Of a stretch of 64,000 nt of DNA, positions 60,106 to 64,000 are shown in pieces (the first letter of the stretch is position 1; each line of letters begins with the position of its first letter). Source of the DNA: an uncultured bacterium (GTDB taxonomy: Bacteria; Chloroflexota; Anaerolineae; Anaerolineales; UBA4823). A program made the translations under genes and the position numbers. The stretch spans positions 14,152 to 78,151 of the forward strand of contig CBFDCK010000001.1 in the NCBI GenBank assembly GCA_965603285.1. Direction: 5' to 3'. The notes beneath the pieces are model-generated. The model was given only the letters and a program-made list of their open reading frames with translations. It ran no database searches and was not told the origin of the DNA.

Positions 60106-60575
60106 TTATTTTTCCCTCAACCACTGGAGAGCCCACTCGTGATATTCGTCCCAGGCTGCCCACACTGATCCCACCCAGTGATGGACACGCTCGGCGTGTT
60201 CTTCAGGAGTTGACGAGCCACGCACATCTGCGACTATTATCCCCCCCGGTCTTCGGGTGGTTCGAAGAACGGTATCTCCTGGTCGTTTTCGATCTGGCAT
60301 GCAAACCAATCCGGATTCCAACCCAGCCGCGGGGTTGCATTGTGTTCTAACAACATACACAGACGGATCAAGTAGATGGCATTGGACCTCGGTCTGTGAT
60401 CTTCGCAGTGCCGCAGAGCATAAGCGTCAACGCTCAGGAGGTGGATAGCTCCGTATGCGGTTTCGCTGTATTCTAAAGCCAGGATCTCTTGAAACAACCG
60501 CTGGCAGCCTTGAGTGCCGCCAGGCACAACTGCGCCGCAGCGTGTGCAGTATGCAATTGATTCTGGGTTCTCCAT
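60106..60575 (-). pseudogene. DUF5946-like protein split by a frameshift at a G7 tract
   Basis: 'CTRCGA', 'HLLSVDAYALRH' in one frame and 'IVADV...EHAERVHHW..SVWAAW' in another; junction at the C7 run 60241-60247. Confidence 0.6.
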
Positions 60576-61137
60576 TGGCAAATTTGCCACTTGGTTTGGA
60601 ATCACTCTGCAACCGCATTTCAATGTAGCAGCAAGAATTCTGATAACTCAACTACACGGGGATCAATAAGAGCATAATGATATGGTCTCTGGTGCATGAC
60701 CAGGCAAGGAAGCTGTTGTGGTTAATTGGTCATTGAGATCCTTTCCAAAGGCCGTTGAAAGCCTGGTTGAGAGCCGAGTGGCTATAAAACTGGTAAGGTG
60801 TACTCTCCTCGTTTGGGAGTCGCCCGCTAATTTTCCTGTAAATTCAAGATATCTGAAGAGTCGCGTGGAATCCGCATTGGATGTTGTTCGTCCGATTCAA
60901 CATTATTAGTTGTTGAAAATTTTTGGTCGTACAATGAGTTTATACGAACGAGTTTGATAAATGGCTCTTTAACTATTATGATTGTTCTGTTCATTCTACC
61001 GATTGAGAAGAGTCGGGTTGCCTAATTGCAGTGATCGAGAGAGTTGATTGTGTTCAGACAATCGTAGCCCCCAATATTACAAGTTATGATGAGATTGCTT
61101 GTCGACCTGCGGTCTCATCACGATGACACAAAAGATT

Positions 61138-62931
61138 TTAGATCATTGGATCCATCATTAAAGCGGGATGCGCGCTTGCTTCCATATGGGCTAGGATTTC
61201 TTCCTCGGTCAGTGCGTTCTCCTCGGTGGCGATCATATCCACAAATCCAGGCACCCCCGCTTCGTTCGCGAGCGTCTCCAGCACAGGACGCAGTTCCTCC
61301 CTCAGGGCGCGATTCATCCACACAATGCGCCGCCAGCCTCCTTCGGCTGAGATGAATTTATCCCTTTGCAAAGCCCGCTTGCTGTGACCAATGAAGCCGG
61401 GAACGGGAGCACCCGCTCCGACTATCTCATATAGCATCGCCCAGTCCATCCCGCTTGGCGTCATGCCATCGTATGTATGTTCCATTATCATCACACCGTT
61501 GGATATCGGGAGCATGGCTGTGATGCACTCGAAATCGCCGCATGCAGAGCCGGGGTCTTGCATCATGCTGTACAGGCTATAGGCTGTTAAGACACCGCCC
61601 GATTCTTGCTGCACGATCTGGTTGACACTCTCCCATTGACCGAGGTTGGCATCTATTAAACCGCTTTTTTTGACCGCTTTGTTAGGACCGACAGGGCGGA
61701 TAATGACCGCCGCGCGCGCATCCATCCAGTCTACTGCACCGCAAACTCCGGGATGCTCCGGGCTAATGACGCAGAGATGCCCGCCAGCGATGGATTGACA
61801 AAGACTGCAGGTGTAGAAGGTATCTACGTCTTCATCAGTTAGGCTGATTAAGCGTTTATCCCGCTGTTCATAGATTGCTTGAGCTCTTTCTGTGATGATC
61901 GGTATTTGCGTCGGTTCGGTATAAATGGTGATCTGAACACGGCTGAGGATATTGCCAAATTCATTGTGATATCGAGCGTGTAGAATCTCTCCCAGGTGGC
62001 GTAAGTGTAGACCTTTATCAATGGCTTTTTGGGTGATGCGCAAGGTAACAATCGTCCGCTGCCCTCGATGTACGACTCCATCTACATCGTTGATCATCGT
62101 CTCGATTTGCCGCTCCAGGACTGGCTCGAAGTCCGGCTGCATCTCCCGCCCGCTGATTTCGATCAGCATTGCGTAGGATTGGTTGCCGCTCAAACCAGAA
62201 TCCAGGTCTGGTCCGACAACCATTATCTGCCCGTCGATGATCTTTTCTCCCGTTTCGGTCAGTTCAACACCGGCAAGACATGCACCGCAGGCTTCATCGT
62301 GCACAACCTGGCCAGAGAAATCAGAGCTATATGCCACGGGCAATTCCGGTATTGGGACGTTAATCTGCAAGCCCCGCTCCTCGATGCCAATCTGGACGAT
62401 GTCGGAGAGATCAACCCCACCGATGGCGGGGAGGTACTCAGCCGAAATCTCCCAGGTTTCCACAGAGGCTGGCAGATCGGCGTTACTCAGCAAAGGGCAG
62501 CCCAGGGGTGTGGCAGCCTGTGCCAGCGCCAAACGGTCAGGTGTCGGTTCGCCCAGCAGCAAGGTGATACCGGGCAACCGCTGGCGGGCGTAGCGCAGCG
62601 CATCTTCGGGGCTATCGGCATTGCCAAAGATCTGTGCCATACGAGCGATGAATCCCAGGGCACACTGCAGGTCAAAAGGCACAATGCCAGAATTCCAACC
62701 AAGCGGCAGACCAGCTTCTCGCAGAGCAGCGGTCAATATATCTTCGGTGACAAAAACCACAACTTTCCGTTGGGTCAGCGACTCGATTATCGTTGAAGCC
62801 GCTACAGCATCATCGCCCATTAGCAGTGTATAGCCGGAAGTCGAACCGTCGATGAACCCAATCCCCTGGTGCCGCACATCGGCATCGTCAGCCAAAGCTG
62901 CGGCGGAAAAAATATCGATAGAATCTGACAT
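61138..62931 (-). CDS. divergent acetyl-CoA synthase (AcsB/CdhC) homolog
   Basis: 'GREMQPDFEPVLERQI', 'LTDEDVDTFYTCSLCQS..HLCVISPEHPGVCGA', 'ACGDFECI', 'KFISAEGG..RIVWM', 'HPALMMDPM'. Confidence 0.88.
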   Translation of the reverse strand: MSDSIDIFSAAALADDADVRHQGIGFIDGSTSGYTLLMGDDAVAASTIIESLTQRKVVVFVTEDILTAALREAGLPLGWNSGIVPFDLQCALGFIARMAQIFGNADSPEDALRYARQRLPGITLLLGEPTPDRLALAQAATPLGCPLLSNADLPASVETWEISAEYLPAIGGVDLSDIVQIGIEERGLQINVPIPELPVAYSSDFSGQVVHDEACGACLAGVELTETGEKIIDGQIMVVGPDLDSGLSGNQSYAMLIEISGREMQPDFEPVLERQIETMINDVDGVVHRGQRTIVTLRITQKAIDKGLHLRHLGEILHARYHNEFGNILSRVQITIYTEPTQIPIITERAQAIYEQRDKRLISLTDEDVDTFYTCSLCQSIAGGHLCVISPEHPGVCGAVDWMDARAAVIIRPVGPNKAVKKSGLIDANLGQWESVNQIVQQESGGVLTAYSLYSMMQDPGSACGDFECITAMLPISNGVMIMEHTYDGMTPSGMDWAMLYEIVGAGAPVPGFIGHSKRALQRDKFISAEGGWRRIVWMNRALREELRPVLETLANEAGVPGFVDMIATEENALTEEEILAHMEASAHPALMMDPMI

Positions 62932-62947
62932 AATTACTCCAGGTATG

Positions 62948-63448
62948 TCACCCGTTCAGTATTTGCTGCCAGCACGCAGGACGCAGGTTAAACATGGGTA
63001 CCCGTTTCTGGTATTCACGGTAGGCGTTGCCAAACTTACGGATCGCTTCCGGTTCCTCCACCAGCTTGATCATCACTACCATAAAGAGCATCTCTAACGG
63101 AGCGATGAACATGATAAAGGAGGGCGAGCCGAGGATCAAGGCCACCGACCAAGGGAAGAAAAGAAGCCCAAAGTGCATGGGGTGGCGCATACAACCATAA
63201 ACACCTGTGATGACCAGTTTATTAGTCTCCAGGCGGGGAATATCGCCTTCACGGCCCATACGTGCCAGCAAACGACCAGTGTGCCGGCTGGCGCGCATGA
63301 CGAGGCGCAGCAGCAATACCCCAACAACCAGGGTCACCAAGTGGAAAGCAGGGTTGACGAACAGTGCGTAGAACCAGTGCCAGTCCAGCCAGATTCCCAG
63401 AGCGCCGCCACCGATCAACATAAGTACCCAGATCAACATTCGCACCAT
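62948..63448 (-). CDS. isoprenylcysteine carboxyl methyltransferase/PEMT family membrane protein
   Basis: 'LVITGVYGCMRHPM', 'EEPE..RKFG.AY.EY..RVP'. Confidence 0.85.
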   Translation of the reverse strand: MVRMLIWVLMLIGGGALGIWLDWHWFYALFVNPAFHLVTLVVGVLLLRLVMRASRHTGRLLARMGREGDIPRLETNKLVITGVYGCMRHPMHFGLLFFPWSVALILGSPSFIMFIAPLEMLFMVVMIKLVEEPEAIRKFGNAYREYQKRVPMFNLRPACWQQILNG

Positions 63449-63451
63449 GGC

Positions 63452-63682
63452 TTAATTTCCTCCCGATTTGCGCGCCGCCAGCCAGCCGATGTTCCTAAAC
63501 GCACCGACGACGGGGTCTACGTGAGAGACCAGGATGTCAGCCCAGACCCGCGTTAGGGCTACGTCTTCGCCAAGCGCTGAGCCAAGAATCATGTCAGTAT
63601 AGTAGGTTCCGACAAAGGAGTAGACACTTCTTTTTAGCACATTTAACGAATACTTGGACATCGCTTTATTATTCTCCTTCAT
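63452..63682 (-). pseudogene. N-terminal fragment of an AIR synthase/HypE-related protein
   Basis: 'ILGSALGEDVAL', 'SHVDPVVGA..NIGWLA', then the ORF stops after about 76 aa. Confidence 0.6.
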
Positions 63683-64000
63683 TCTACAATCTTAATGACC
63701 GCATTCGGCTGCTCTAGCTCCCCATGTTTTACATGGATGAGAGTATCTTGCAATGATTCAAAGGGGAACAGACTTGTACCTATTTTTATATCTAACTCTC
63801 GATCGCGAATGATTTTAAATAATCCTTCTGCGTCACTTTTGGTTACGTTATAAAGGGTCTTTAATGAGCGCCCCCAAAAGTTTTGGCTATAATTATCAAT
63901 GACAATCTGAGACGAACTTACCGGCGCCATCACCAGCGTCCCACCTTTCTCCAAGTGGGAGAGAGCAGGCTCGACGAGATTTCCTGCTGGAGGGAATATA
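63679..64000 (-). CDS. C-terminal part of a probable zinc-type/medium-chain dehydrogenase (runs off the window)
   Basis: 'FPPAGNLVEPALSHLEKGGTLV...FPFESLQDTL...AVIK'. Confidence 0.6.
   Translation of the reverse strand, partial: IFPPAGNLVEPALSHLEKGGTLVMAPVSSSQIVIDNYSQNFWGRSLKTLYNVTKSDAEGLFKIIRDRELDIKIGTSLFPFESLQDTLIHVKHGELEQPNAVIKIVE

Overview
Chromosomal bacterial window. The gene set and protein style suggest Chloroflexota (Anaerolineae-like); this is an inference, not a search result. 0.2-16.4 kb is a surface-glycan locus: flippase-like protein, three tandem GT-C-like paralogs, two more GT-C-like proteins, GT4, Wzx, epimerase, UDP-sugar dehydrogenase and sulfotransferase. 16.4-33 kb is housekeeping: udg, rimI-tsaB-tsaE, pcrA, holB, asparaginase II, nth, HtrA, a baeRF protein, tRNA-Pro, GT2, rnhB and an S9 peptidase. 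36.7-43.7 kb is an unusual Crp/Fnr-linked membrane redox locus. It holds two 8-TM proteins, an unannotated 2x[4Fe-4S] domain, a 12-TM protein with heme-copper-oxidase-like His placement but non-canonical ligands, an FGE/NirV-like lipoprotein and heme O synthase, and it carries three in-frame TAG codons. 43.8-58.6 kb holds a P-type ATPase, icd, two different Rieske/cytochrome b complexes flanking sdhCDAB, and tRNA-Arg. 60-64 kb is a partly decayed region with a stand-alone acetyl-CoA synthase homolog whose Ni-binding CGC motif reads CGD. The best candidates for undescribed biology are the HCO-like locus and the divergent ACS. No CRISPR array, rRNA or intact transposase was seen.
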